A DNA stretch of 64,000 bases from the NCBI GenBank assembly GCA_964604015.1, contig CAZRXF010000012.1, positions 67,068-131,067 of the forward strand, given 5' to 3'. Origin of the DNA: an uncultured Pseudomonadota bacterium (GTDB lineage Bacteria > Babelota > Babeliae > Babelales > CAIQNR01). Positions 34,440-43,357 of this stretch are shown here, one piece after another (positions within the stretch are counted from its first letter, which is position 1; every line of letters starts with the position of its first letter). Position numbers and translations under genes: made by a program. The notes below the pieces were generated by a model, which saw only the letters and a list, made by a program, of their open reading frames with translations, did not search any database and was not told the DNA's origin.

Positions 34440-36050
34440 CTAAAAGTAGCGTTCCGCACCGATCCACACAGCCCATCTATTTGCCGATGAGTCGTTAGAG
34501 GCATAGGTGAAATTGGTTCCAATCTGTAGACCGCACCCTTTTATTTTTTTCAGATCAAAAATACGGTGTAATGCTGCGTACATGGTGTAATCACTTCTGA
34601 AGGGTTGTGAGCAGCTTGAAAGATCAAGTTGGTCCTGCGTCACGTAGATTGCTTGATTTAAGTTATTACCATCAGTCATTGCGTAGTACATGTTGTTAAT
34701 GCCACGAACAGGGTCGCATTCACCGGGGTTGTTAACTTGGGCATCGGACAGCTTGCCGATCAATGGAGTGGCCTGCCATGGGTTTTTCAGCGTTACATGT
34801 TCGTCCTGCTGCCAGTAACATCTAAACCCGAGATCAAGGGCGCCAGTATGTGGAAGTTCAAATGAGAAGTTAAAGACAAGGTCGGTTGAAAAATGTGGGT
34901 TTACTTTTACTTCTTGTGTGAAGTAGTTGATACCCCAGGTTTGGTAGCGCATTTCTGAGTTGAAAGTACCGTTTGCTGCATCAAGGAGTCGTTGACTATT
35001 GTTTGCATAGATACCAAGGTAACGGGACCATGGCTTTCCTGCTAAGTCAAATGAACGGACTTGCGTGTTAGGAAACAGGAATTGGGTGTTGCTATCAACC
35101 GAGATATCAAGGGCAAAGCGGCGTGTCTGGAACTGTCGGGTGAAGAATGATCCAAGGATGATACCAAAGTGTTTGTTGTTACCGACCAATGGCTCAAACA
35201 GGTAGATCGATTTTGGTTTGTTACCGGTTGGCAAAACAACCCCACCATATACTTGCAACGAGCGGTCAGGTTCATAGAGGTACGTGTATCCAGCTTTCAA
35301 ATTGACGTACGCAACTGCTGTGTGATCTTGCGAGCCATCGATGCGACCGTACTTCATATTTGGGTTTTGAAACGCAGCGGTCATGTTGGCAACAAATGGC
35401 GTGTTATCAAAACCGAGCGTGGAAGCAACGTTTGTTGGAACAACCGGTCCACCGCCTGCAAAGGTAACGGTTTCTACAAAATCAAGGTTGTTTTTTACGT
35501 GAATGATGGGCAACTCAAACGCAAGCCAGAAGGTGTTGCTGATCTGGAAATAGCCAGAAAAACCGACACCGGCAAAGCTTTGTTTTGGTTTGAAATCAAG
35601 GTAGCTGCAGAAGTTACCTTGGTTGGTAACGATGTTAAAGTTTTCCGCTACGATGTCTTGGTTATTAACCGTATCAACACTTGGATTGGTACCAAGTTGA
35701 TAACCTTCACGTACTTTCAGTTGTGTTTTTCCAAACGGGAGCAAGTAGCGTGCGATGTTGGTTGAGTTGGTTGTTGCACCGCCCCAGGCCATGACATTCA
35801 AGTAGCATTTTGCTTCTTTTCCCAGATGTTTCAGTTTTGCTTTGAGTTTGTTTTCCTCAACCTCTTCCCGGTCGTAGATAAAATGTTCGTTGAACATGCG
35901 ATACATCATCGGATCGATAGGCATAGTCTGCGAGATGTTCATGATCGATCGGCTGGTAAAGTCATACGCGTTTGAAGATGCCGTGCCGTTTGATCCAGCA
36001 AGTAGTCCTGGACCGGCAAGACAGGCGAGAATAATCGGTAGTTTTTTCAT
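34440..36050 (-). CDS. putative outer-membrane beta-barrel protein/porin (paralog of 29943..31523)
   Basis: Signal peptide MKKLPIILACLAGPGLLAG. Ends ...WAVWIGAERYF (terminal Phe). Paralogy as noted for 29943..31523. Confidence 0.72.
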   Translation of the reverse strand: MKKLPIILACLAGPGLLAGSNGTASSNAYDFTSRSIMNISQTMPIDPMMYRMFNEHFIYDREEVEENKLKAKLKHLGKEAKCYLNVMAWGGATTNSTNIARYLLPFGKTQLKVREGYQLGTNPSVDTVNNQDIVAENFNIVTNQGNFCSYLDFKPKQSFAGVGFSGYFQISNTFWLAFELPIIHVKNNLDFVETVTFAGGGPVVPTNVASTLGFDNTPFVANMTAAFQNPNMKYGRIDGSQDHTAVAYVNLKAGYTYLYEPDRSLQVYGGVVLPTGNKPKSIYLFEPLVGNNKHFGIILGSFFTRQFQTRRFALDISVDSNTQFLFPNTQVRSFDLAGKPWSRYLGIYANNSQRLLDAANGTFNSEMRYQTWGINYFTQEVKVNPHFSTDLVFNFSFELPHTGALDLGFRCYWQQDEHVTLKNPWQATPLIGKLSDAQVNNPGECDPVRGINNMYYAMTDGNNLNQAIYVTQDQLDLSSCSQPFRSDYTMYAALHRIFDLKKIKGCGLQIGTNFTYASNDSSANRWAVWIGAERYF

Positions 36051-36064
36051 ATGGCTCCTTTAGA

Positions 36065-36883
36065 TTATCCGAGTTTTCCGGCGATATTTAAAAGACGTGT
36101 CATCAAATAGCGATCAAGGGTTGGGACCGTTTGGCTCAGGTTGCGATTTTTAATGTCATCAATCACTTTTTCAAGAGTATCAAGTGCTCGATACAAGCCG
36201 CTCAAAACCGTTCCTACCGTGAGTGATTGTAGGCCGCTGACTGTTGGTTGTGGCATGTTTTTTGTCGTGCTTCCTACACCTCGTAACACTTGTGCCAAGC
36301 TTTTTACAGAAAGTTTTGAAAGGTCAGTGGTGAGTTCTGGGATGTTGGTTGTCTCTTGAATCTGTTGTGGAGCAGAAGGTCGTTGGTAAGCAGGTGTTTG
36401 AGTGGCAGCATTTACCAAGGTTGACCACCAGGAATCATTATTTGAAGAAGCTGCTGGTGACTGTTGTGAAGTCGGTATTGGACGTGCTTGAGGGGCTTGC
36501 CTGCCTGATGTAGGAGATGAGGGAGGGGTTGGTGACGATGGTGTAGCTGATTCTTCTCCAGGAGCATATTTTGTGACTAATGTTTGTAGTTTTGTTGGGT
36601 CAAGTAGTGAAGGATCGCTGCCTAGTGCAGGGAATTTGTCATCACGAGAAGGGAACAACTTATAGTAGCGAGTACGAGCATCATCGATAGCAGCTTTGAC
36701 AGCTTTCAAATCACCGGTATTGTTACTTTCTTGAATTTCAAGGAGCGATTGAAGAGCAAGAACAAAATCCTTTTGAGTTTTTGCACTGTTCAGTTGGCTA
36801 CTGATTTGTTGCACCGATGCGGCTTGCACCGTGTTGCAAAGAAGGGCTGTTAGACCCATGAGTACGGTAATTTTTCTATTCAC
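36065..36883 (-). CDS. secreted Ser/Pro-rich protein, first gene of the envelope cluster
   Basis: Signal peptide MNRKITVLMGLTALLCNTVQA. Central PSSPTPPSSPTSGRQAPQARPIPTSQQSP tract. The N-terminal helical module loosely resembles that of the 92-aa and 811-aa proteins. Confidence 0.62.
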   Translation of the reverse strand: MNRKITVLMGLTALLCNTVQAASVQQISSQLNSAKTQKDFVLALQSLLEIQESNNTGDLKAVKAAIDDARTRYYKLFPSRDDKFPALGSDPSLLDPTKLQTLVTKYAPGEESATPSSPTPPSSPTSGRQAPQARPIPTSQQSPAASSNNDSWWSTLVNAATQTPAYQRPSAPQQIQETTNIPELTTDLSKLSVKSLAQVLRGVGSTTKNMPQPTVSGLQSLTVGTVLSGLYRALDTLEKVIDDIKNRNLSQTVPTLDRYLMTRLLNIAGKLG

Positions 36884-37092
36884 ACATGACTCCTTTTTTT
36901 ATTTTGTCATTCTGTTTGCAAAAAATTTTTGTAAGTTTGTTCATTTTTTTTGACAACAAGAACCAGTCTTAGCATCACGCTTTTTTAAGAGTCAATAAGA
37001 CAGTGCGCAGTTAAGGGGAGGGGTCTCTCCCTTTTGACGCATCCCCTCTCTATTATCCTCGACTCTTTTTACTTTCATCTTTTTCTTTTGAG

Positions 37093-37218
37093 CAAGACGT
37101 AAGTACCCCACGCGTAGTGGGGTACATACATCTTGAACTAAAGGCATACTTTGTGGGCCCTCACAAAAAGGGGCCTTTTGGTGCTGCACGTAGAGTGCAT
37201 ACCTACGTCGTGAACCAA
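37093..37218. repeat. cluster of hairpin repeat modules (same family as 24.2-24.7 kb and 47.9-48.5 kb)
   Basis: 19-bp imperfect palindrome caagacgtaagtaccccac-gcgta-gtggggtacatacatcttg. Then aaggcatactttgtgggccctcacaaaaag (also at 48438). Then ctgcacgtagagtgcatacctacgtcgtgaac (related to 48408..48436). Confidence 0.8.
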
Positions 37219-37303
37219 AGAAAAAATAAAAAAAGATGAGAATTAAAAAAGGATTAAGAGTAAAAAGAGGAGTTTTTTAGGAAGGGGGAGTGCTCCACAC
37301 CTT

Positions 37304-38524
37304 CTACGCGTTCCTATGTAAAACACGATCCCTATGGCTAGAACCAAAGAGAACAGATAAGAAAGAAAGGGGCTTTAGCAACAGAGGAAGACGGGTAGCT
37401 TTCTTTTTCTTTCTGATTTTTTCAGCTTCGTATTGCAAATATCTGCATCGTTCATGGCAGCATGGATGGGACATAACGAATTTATCGTACCACCACTCTT
37501 TCCATCCTTTTTGGTTGTGAGGCGTTCTGCCTTCTCCTAAACGTTTGAAAAAGTCAGCCATCCCTTCAAGCATGGTTGGATTTTGAAGTTTTACTGCTGC
37601 GTAATCGGCACATTTTTCTTGGTACCGGGAAAGGGTTGCCATACCGAGAATTGTTCCAGCAAGGGTTACGTGTGCTGTTGCTTTCGTTGAAATGGCACCA
37701 ACGCATCCTCGGCAGAACCCTTCACCTGTGGAAACAGCGCCCGTTGCAAGGGTGTGTCCACACGCTCTGAGTTTTTCGGGGATTCGCTCATTAATGTAAG
37801 AAGCGACAGCGATAACTGGTTGAGGCATGCAGCGGGCAAGTGCGCCGTACGTTTTTTGGCAAACAGCCGCTGTTTTGTCAGATAAAAAGCGTATGCCATG
37901 AGGAATGGATGAAACCTGACTTAACGAGGTCATGAGTGCACCAACATCACACCGTGCTACTTCCATCCCTGCATATACAGCAGCTGCAAGAGCGAGAGGG
38001 ACGGTGAAGGAAACATACCGCATCATCCGAGTAGTATCTCCATGCAAAACGTGTGCAATTTCATGTTCGATGATACCATCACGAGCTGCATCAAGCTTAG
38101 GATCGTTAAAAAAGGTATGTTTTCCATCTTCAAAGACAAGGAAAATTACTTTCCGACCATACGCAAGAACGGCTGCGTTATCCGTAGACCAGGAACGCTG
38201 CCTTACAAAGGATACTTCATAGCCATGGTGTGCAAATTTTTCAGCAATCTTTTTTTTTACTGGGCAGTCGGGAACAGGGTCTTCTTGCGCCCATTTTTGA
38301 TATTGCTCAAGTTCTTTTTTAACCATCTTCATAAGCTCATGATGAAGATAGATCATGCCTACTGCCGTGCTTGCCGCGAGGGCGGCGCGAGCCGTTTTAT
38401 AGGTACACCATGATGCAAGGTGGGAAATACCATCACCTAGAATACGAGCGCCTGAAAGAGCGATTGAAGCTCCGGAACAGGGCATTGAGTAGAGAACGAG
38501 GAAAAAAAGGGCATAACGTTTCAT
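37304..38524 (-). CDS. M48-family zinc metallopeptidase (second of tandem paralogs)
   Basis: HEIAHVLHGD (HExxH), downstream LSRYQEKCADYAAV (ExxAD third-ligand motif) and SHPCCHERCRYL. Signal-like N-terminus. The start overlaps the upstream stop by 4 nt. Confidence 0.8.
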   Translation of the reverse strand: MKRYALFFLVLYSMPCSGASIALSGARILGDGISHLASWCTYKTARAALAASTAVGMIYLHHELMKMVKKELEQYQKWAQEDPVPDCPVKKKIAEKFAHHGYEVSFVRQRSWSTDNAAVLAYGRKVIFLVFEDGKHTFFNDPKLDAARDGIIEHEIAHVLHGDTTRMMRYVSFTVPLALAAAVYAGMEVARCDVGALMTSLSQVSSIPHGIRFLSDKTAAVCQKTYGALARCMPQPVIAVASYINERIPEKLRACGHTLATGAVSTGEGFCRGCVGAISTKATAHVTLAGTILGMATLSRYQEKCADYAAVKLQNPTMLEGMADFFKRLGEGRTPHNQKGWKEWWYDKFVMSHPCCHERCRYLQYEAEKIRKKKKATRLPLLLKPLSFLSVLFGSSHRDRVLHRNA

Positions 38525-39804
38525 GCAAACACCTCTTGGTCATCACGGTTCTCGTCATAGTCATTAGATACCAAGTGTGCAGCACCTTGTTTCTGTGCTT
38601 TGCTCATTTTTTCTGCTTCTTTTTCCAGATAGTGATGACGGCTACAAGGGCAGGGATGGCTGTGTGTTAATTTTTCATACCACCACTGTTCCCAAGATTT
38701 TTTCCGTTTATCTCTGCCATGACTTGTTTTTTTGAAGAATGCTGCCATTCCTCGGAGTGCAGCAGGATCTTTGAGTTTTAAAGCAGCGTAATCAGCACGC
38801 TTTTCGTGATAGCGAGATACCATTGCATTAATGAGTGCACTGCTCCAACCGATATTCTTTTCTGCTAACCATTTGATCCCGAGGCATGCGGCTACCCGAG
38901 CTCCTACGTCAGGGGCGGTAGCGGTTTTGACGATTTTTTCTCCCACGGCAGCAAGCCCCTCTTGTACCTGTGCAGGAAGGAGCGCAATGGCCTGGATGTT
39001 TGCTTGTGTTACCGAACTTTGAACGGTAGCAGGAATGTGTTCTGCAATAAGGGAGCCTGTTTGTGAAATGCCTTTTCTTACCGATATATCAACTGTTTTT
39101 GCAAGAGAAGGAAGCCCTGAAAGGGAAGAAAGATTGTGAATAAGAGAGGTGTAATCGCCTGTCAATGCTTTTATGAACGCGCAGGTAAAGCCGGCAGTGA
39201 TAAGGTTTTTTGTAAAGGAGCGTGAAGCTGCGCGTTGTGCGAGATCTCCATTCAATACGTGAGCAATTTCATGTTCGATGATACCATCTCGGGCAGCATC
39301 GAGCTCTGGATCGGTGAAAAACGTATGCTGTCCATCACCAAAGACGAAAAATATAACTTTTTTACCATGGGCAAGAACGGCTGCATTGTGGGTTGTCCAA
39401 GCATACCGCTTTGCAAAAAACACTTCATAGCCATGCTGAGTAAATTTTTGGGTAATTTTTCTTTTGACAGGACAGTCAGGAACAGGGTCAACAAGGGTTC
39501 CTCGTGCATAGAGATCAACGTAGTATTTGATCATATTGCGCTCTTGAAAATAGGATTGAAAACTATTTGAAAGTGCGCACCCAACAACACCAGCACAGGT
39601 AAGATCAGCGATAGGCAGAGATGGTTGGAATTGTTTAGCCACACATGCAGCAATTCCGATGGACGCAAGATTAATCGCCCGTTTTGAAAAAACGGTTGAG
39701 TGCATAGCTGCAGCGAAATCCTTCGCTTTACGCGAAAGCGTATCACCAAACCCTTGAGCTTGACCTGCAGAAAGACAGAGTAAAAAACCTATCGTGCGTT
39801 TCAT
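38521..39804 (-). CDS. M48-family zinc metallopeptidase (first of tandem paralogs)
   Basis: HEIAHVLNGD, VSRYHEKRADYAAL, SHPCPCSRHHYL. Shares DPVPDCPVK(R/K)KI..KF..HGYEV.F with the neighbour. Start set to Met5 after GAGG. Confidence 0.8.
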   Translation of the reverse strand: MKRTIGFLLCLSAGQAQGFGDTLSRKAKDFAAAMHSTVFSKRAINLASIGIAACVAKQFQPSLPIADLTCAGVVGCALSNSFQSYFQERNMIKYYVDLYARGTLVDPVPDCPVKRKITQKFTQHGYEVFFAKRYAWTTHNAAVLAHGKKVIFFVFGDGQHTFFTDPELDAARDGIIEHEIAHVLNGDLAQRAASRSFTKNLITAGFTCAFIKALTGDYTSLIHNLSSLSGLPSLAKTVDISVRKGISQTGSLIAEHIPATVQSSVTQANIQAIALLPAQVQEGLAAVGEKIVKTATAPDVGARVAACLGIKWLAEKNIGWSSALINAMVSRYHEKRADYAALKLKDPAALRGMAAFFKKTSHGRDKRKKSWEQWWYEKLTHSHPCPCSRHHYLEKEAEKMSKAQKQGAAHLVSNDYDENRDDQEVFA

Positions 39805-40082
39805 AAATAACCTCACATTTTGAGCACCGGCTCCATTTTAAGCCGAAACACTCTTCTGGTACCCCTTAACCTGAGGAAATACCAGATCTGAAACAAATGC
39901 TTTTTTCAGTCTATCCCAACTTGGTTCTTTGACAAATGGGTCATAGATAAGCTTGATTAGGAGGGCTTTTGTAAAAAGAGGGATTGGTTGTTATCCTGAA
40001 GTGAAGCTCTTATGCAAAAGCATGTCTTCACATAAAAGTGAGTGGGTCAAGGTTATAAAGATGTTCATGGTGGAGGTTGTTC

Positions 40083-40379
40083 ATGGAAAAGGTTCTTTTA
40101 GTGTGTTGTGCGCTGGCACTTTCTACCGATCAAGGTGAAGTCTTTCGCCAAGCGGTGATCAAGCCGGCTATGGATACGGCTCGAGACGTTGCTTGTACCG
40201 TCTATACACCTTTGTTACTGACAGCTGTGGGAATGTATGCACTTGATCGACTTATGCAAAAAACAGTGGGTAAAAAGATTTTCTTCCCTTCCCAATTACA
40301 AAGTTTTTTTTCGAGGCAACAGAGTGCAGGTGTTCGTGGCTTGAAATATCCGAAGAATGGAGGAAAAAACCATGAGTAA
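40083..40379 (+). CDS. possible small membrane/secreted protein
   Basis: ATG lies 6 nt after GGAGG. MEKVLLVCCALALSTDQG is signal-like and there is one further hydrophobic segment (VYTPLLLTAVGMYAL). Overlaps the next start by 8 nt. Confidence 0.4.
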   Translation: MEKVLLVCCALALSTDQGEVFRQAVIKPAMDTARDVACTVYTPLLLTAVGMYALDRLMQKTVGKKIFFPSQLQSFFSRQQSAGVRGLKYPKNGGKNHE

Positions 40380-40929
40380 AAAATTAACTTTTCTTTTTGT
40401 TCTTGCATTGTGTGTATATCATGAAATGCAAAGCGCTTCATTCTTTCAAAGCGTTTTTTCCTCACGCAGTAAAAGTCCGGTGCTTGTAGATCCACGAGTG
40501 GGGGCACCTTTTCCTGTTGCGGTAACGGTCTTTGAAACTCTTGTTCCTCATTCGAGTGAACCACTTGCCCCTAGTATTTCTTCCGTTGTTTGCTGTGGAA
40601 AGGTTGTCTATGATGCGGCTCATTTAACTGTTCTTGTCGAGTCATTTGAGCGTAGAAAGTTAAGCCGTTCTGGAGGGAATTTCATTATTAAACCACAGGC
40701 TGTTGTTTATACCTCTCCTGACATTGTGGAATTTCCGGTTGCCGTCGAGGTGCACGAGGTCACATCTCCGAATGTAGGAGATGTTTTTCATCCCAACATG
40801 AGTGTGATTACAAAAATGATTACGCTGGGTTCTGGTGCAGAACTTGAAGCGCTCATACAAGAGCAGGTAGCGATTGTTGGACGGAGAGAGATTCTTATTA
40901 AAAAAGCATCAATGGTAAAAATCGTATAA
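40372..40929 (+). CDS. hypothetical secreted protein (paralog family with 40958..41449)
   Basis: GGAGG RBS. Signal MSKKLTFLFVLALCVYHEMQSA. Two copies of an FPVAV-V-E motif (PFPVAVTVFET, EFPVAVEVHEV). Confidence 0.6.
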   Translation: MSKKLTFLFVLALCVYHEMQSASFFQSVFSSRSKSPVLVDPRVGAPFPVAVTVFETLVPHSSEPLAPSISSVVCCGKVVYDAAHLTVLVESFERRKLSRSGGNFIIKPQAVVYTSPDIVEFPVAVEVHEVTSPNVGDVFHPNMSVITKMITLGSGAELEALIQEQVAIVGRREILIKKASMVKIV

Positions 40930-40957
40930 AAAATACCTAGTTGAAGGAGGTTTACGT

Positions 40958-41449
40958 ATGAATAAGGTAATTTTTAAAACAGTATTTTTTGCAGTAATTG
41001 GATTATCTGCTACGTCAACGCATGCAGCTGAAGCAGCCATCCTTACTGCCCTTGAAAGAGCCCGCGTTCTCTCTTGTGAAAGAACTGGGATGACAGCTGG
41101 TCAAGCATTCGGTAACCACATTGAGAATTGTGTATCAGAAAAGGTGCAGTTTCCAATTAACGTTGTGGTTGAAAATGTCAAGGTGATGGCGCCTTTATCG
41201 GAAACAGAAAAATTGCAATTGCAACGTGCAGGATTACCAGCAAATCGTGATTATCCTGCGTTTAGTTTTGTAGAAGAAAGGGTAATCAAGTCAGCTACTG
41301 AGCTTGCTCAGTTAGTGGAAACATTGCGTGACTCTCGAGACGGAACGCGCTTTATCATAAAAGAAAGAGCGTACGAAGTTCTGATGACTTTGGACTTCAA
41401 GATAGGAAAAGTAATTGAAAAAGATTCTGGCGATAAAAAATCTGCCTAA
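40958..41449 (+). CDS. hypothetical secreted protein (paralog family with 40372..40929)
   Basis: GAAGGAGG RBS and a signal peptide. QFPINVVVENV motif. C-terminal SATELAQLVE..GTRFIIKERAYEV resembles SGAELEALIQ..GRREILIKKASMV of the neighbour. Confidence 0.6.
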   Translation: MNKVIFKTVFFAVIGLSATSTHAAEAAILTALERARVLSCERTGMTAGQAFGNHIENCVSEKVQFPINVVVENVKVMAPLSETEKLQLQRAGLPANRDYPAFSFVEERVIKSATELAQLVETLRDSRDGTRFIIKERAYEVLMTLDFKIGKVIEKDSGDKKSA

Positions 41450-41539
41450 TACTTTAAAATAATTATAAGAAGACTCCTTTTTGTGTATGCTGCCTGTTTG
41501 TTTTTAACAGTTAGTGGGTATATAAAAAGGAGTTTTTTT

Positions 41540-41854
41540 ATGAGTAGTAAAAGACAGTGTGCTTTCGGGCGTCTTATGTTCGCCTTGAGTATGTTTGCAA
41601 TTCAACCGATGAAAGCTATCCAGGATGAGTTGGAACTGCCAAATGCTGCGCATGGACCGTTAAGACTACCTGCAAGTATGACAAGTGAAGAACTTGAACA
41701 GGTTCTTGCTGAAGCTGGACCTGGATTGAGTGAGGGGGCGATGGTTGAGGCTACAAGGTTGCTGGATGCCCTTAAAAACCAAGAGGAACAAGCTGCTCGC
41801 AGGTTAAGAGAGGGTATTCGCGGACTTTCTCTAACCGAGCAACAGAGAGACTAG
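41540..41854 (+). CDS. hypothetical secreted protein
   Basis: Start set to Met20 after AAAAGGAG. Signal MSSKRQCAFGRLMFALSMFAIQPMKA. Helical acidic mature part. Confidence 0.55.
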   Translation: MSSKRQCAFGRLMFALSMFAIQPMKAIQDELELPNAAHGPLRLPASMTSEELEQVLAEAGPGLSEGAMVEATRLLDALKNQEEQAARRLREGIRGLSLTEQQRD

Positions 41855-41867
41855 AAATACTGCCATT

Positions 41868-43352
41868 TTAAAGGTAACTGATTCGTTGTACATCGTTGAG
41901 CACTTGGCGCTCGCTAAAAAAGAGGCGTTGGGTTCCGACGATTTGTACATCATCGGGTCCTTTACCAAGGAGCATGATAATGCTTCCCGGGTGTGAAAGT
42001 TCGTATGCTCTCTTAATCGCAGCTTCTCGATCATGAATGACAAACACGCGATCTTTGTGTTCTGCATGCACTCCACTGACAATGTGGTCGGCAATGGCAA
42101 TTGGGTCTTCAGTTCGAGGATTATCGTCAGTCACAATCACCACATCTGCAAGGCGTGAAGCCACGTGCCCCATGGTAGGGCGCTTTTCCTTATCTTTCTG
42201 ACCACCAGCACCAAACAATACAATCAACTGATGAGTGCGAGGACGCATGAGGCCAAGTACTTGTTCAAATGAAGCGGCGGTGTGTGCGTAATCGATGACT
42301 GCTAATGCTCCATTTGCAAGGTGGTGCATTTCAAGACGTCCAGGTACCGGGGGAAATGCGATGGTTTTGGAAGTGAGCATTTCAAGAGAAAACCCACATG
42401 TGTGTAACAGTCCAAGTGCGGCTATCACATTTGAAAGATTGTAGTTCCCGGGAAATCCTTGGTAGGTGCAGGTCATGGTGCCGGCAGGGGTTGTGAGTGT
42501 GGCTTGTTGCTCATGCAAAGTATCTGAGATGAGTGTGGCGTGGTACCGAACATCTGGTTGCAATCCAAATGAGCAAGCGTTTGGGTGAGTTTCTAAAATG
42601 CGTCTGCCATACAGATCATCCCCATTTGCCAGTAATGCGCCACCAGGTTTCAGATGGGAAAACAGCTTTTCTTTTTCTAAAAAATACTGCTCCATCGAAG
42701 GATACAGTTCCCCATGTTCGCGATCGAGGTTGGTGAAAATCACTCCTTCAAACTCAATGCCTTCAAGCCTGTAAAATGTATGGGCTTGTGCTGCTACTTC
42801 AAGCACCACATACTCAACTCCTTTTTCTACACACAATTTTAAAAACTGATGGAGATAATCAGGTTGTGGAGTAGTCAGGGTGCCGGTGCAATCAACATCG
42901 GCAAGTTCGTCTTTATCGGTGTAGATGCCAATAAGAGCAGTTGAAAGGAAAGCAACTTTTTTGCCTGCTGTTTTTAAAAGATGGGCGAGCATGGAAACGG
43001 TTGTCGTCTTTCCCTTGGTTCCCCCAACACTGAAAAATTTCAGTTTTTGTGCAGGGTATTCGGCTGCTTGAGCACTCAGGTGTGCCAATGCTTTGCGTGC
43101 ATTTTCAACGTACACAAGTTCAGCCTGATACTCGTCGATCAAGAGCAGTAGTTCAATCAGTGCTAGCGGTTCAGGTGCGAGCTGCGTTCCTCGCTCTACA
43201 ACAATTTTTGAGGCACCTTGCTCAAGTGCCTTTTGAATATAGGCAGACCCATCTTCTTTGAGTCCTTTAATCACTACAAACGTGCTTCCCTGTGTTACGT
43301 AGTCGGTGTGGCACGTAACAGGAAGAGAGGTAAAAAGCTGTTTTTTTTTCAT
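41868..43352 (-). CDS. murE: UDP-N-acetylmuramoyl-L-alanyl-D-glutamate--2,6-diaminopimelate ligase MurE
   Basis: P-loop GGTKGKTTT. Mur ligase middle and C-terminal domains. DNPR motif (VTDDNPRTEDP), which is associated with meso-DAP specificity. Start set to Met29, 5 nt after the upstream stop. Confidence 0.9.
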   Translation of the reverse strand: MKKKQLFTSLPVTCHTDYVTQGSTFVVIKGLKEDGSAYIQKALEQGASKIVVERGTQLAPEPLALIELLLLIDEYQAELVYVENARKALAHLSAQAAEYPAQKLKFFSVGGTKGKTTTVSMLAHLLKTAGKKVAFLSTALIGIYTDKDELADVDCTGTLTTPQPDYLHQFLKLCVEKGVEYVVLEVAAQAHTFYRLEGIEFEGVIFTNLDREHGELYPSMEQYFLEKEKLFSHLKPGGALLANGDDLYGRRILETHPNACSFGLQPDVRYHATLISDTLHEQQATLTTPAGTMTCTYQGFPGNYNLSNVIAALGLLHTCGFSLEMLTSKTIAFPPVPGRLEMHHLANGALAVIDYAHTAASFEQVLGLMRPRTHQLIVLFGAGGQKDKEKRPTMGHVASRLADVVIVTDDNPRTEDPIAIADHIVSGVHAEHKDRVFVIHDREAAIKRAYELSHPGSIIMLLGKGPDDVQIVGTQRLFFSERQVLNDVQRISYL

Positions 43353-43357
43353 GCTTT

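Noticed and set aside
35169-35765. 198-aa + strand ORF inside the 536-aa barrel gene; similarly 30279..30623, 38042..38413, 39235..39570, 11899..12288, 13748..14224
   Set aside because: Each is fully antisense to a longer ORF that has clear family motifs or paralogy. None has an RBS, and the amino-acid composition is implausible.
40202-40564. 120-aa minus-strand ORF overlapping 40083..40379 and the start of 40372..40929
   Set aside because: The plus-strand ORFs each have a GGAGG RBS at correct spacing and signal-peptide N-termini. The minus-strand ORF has neither.
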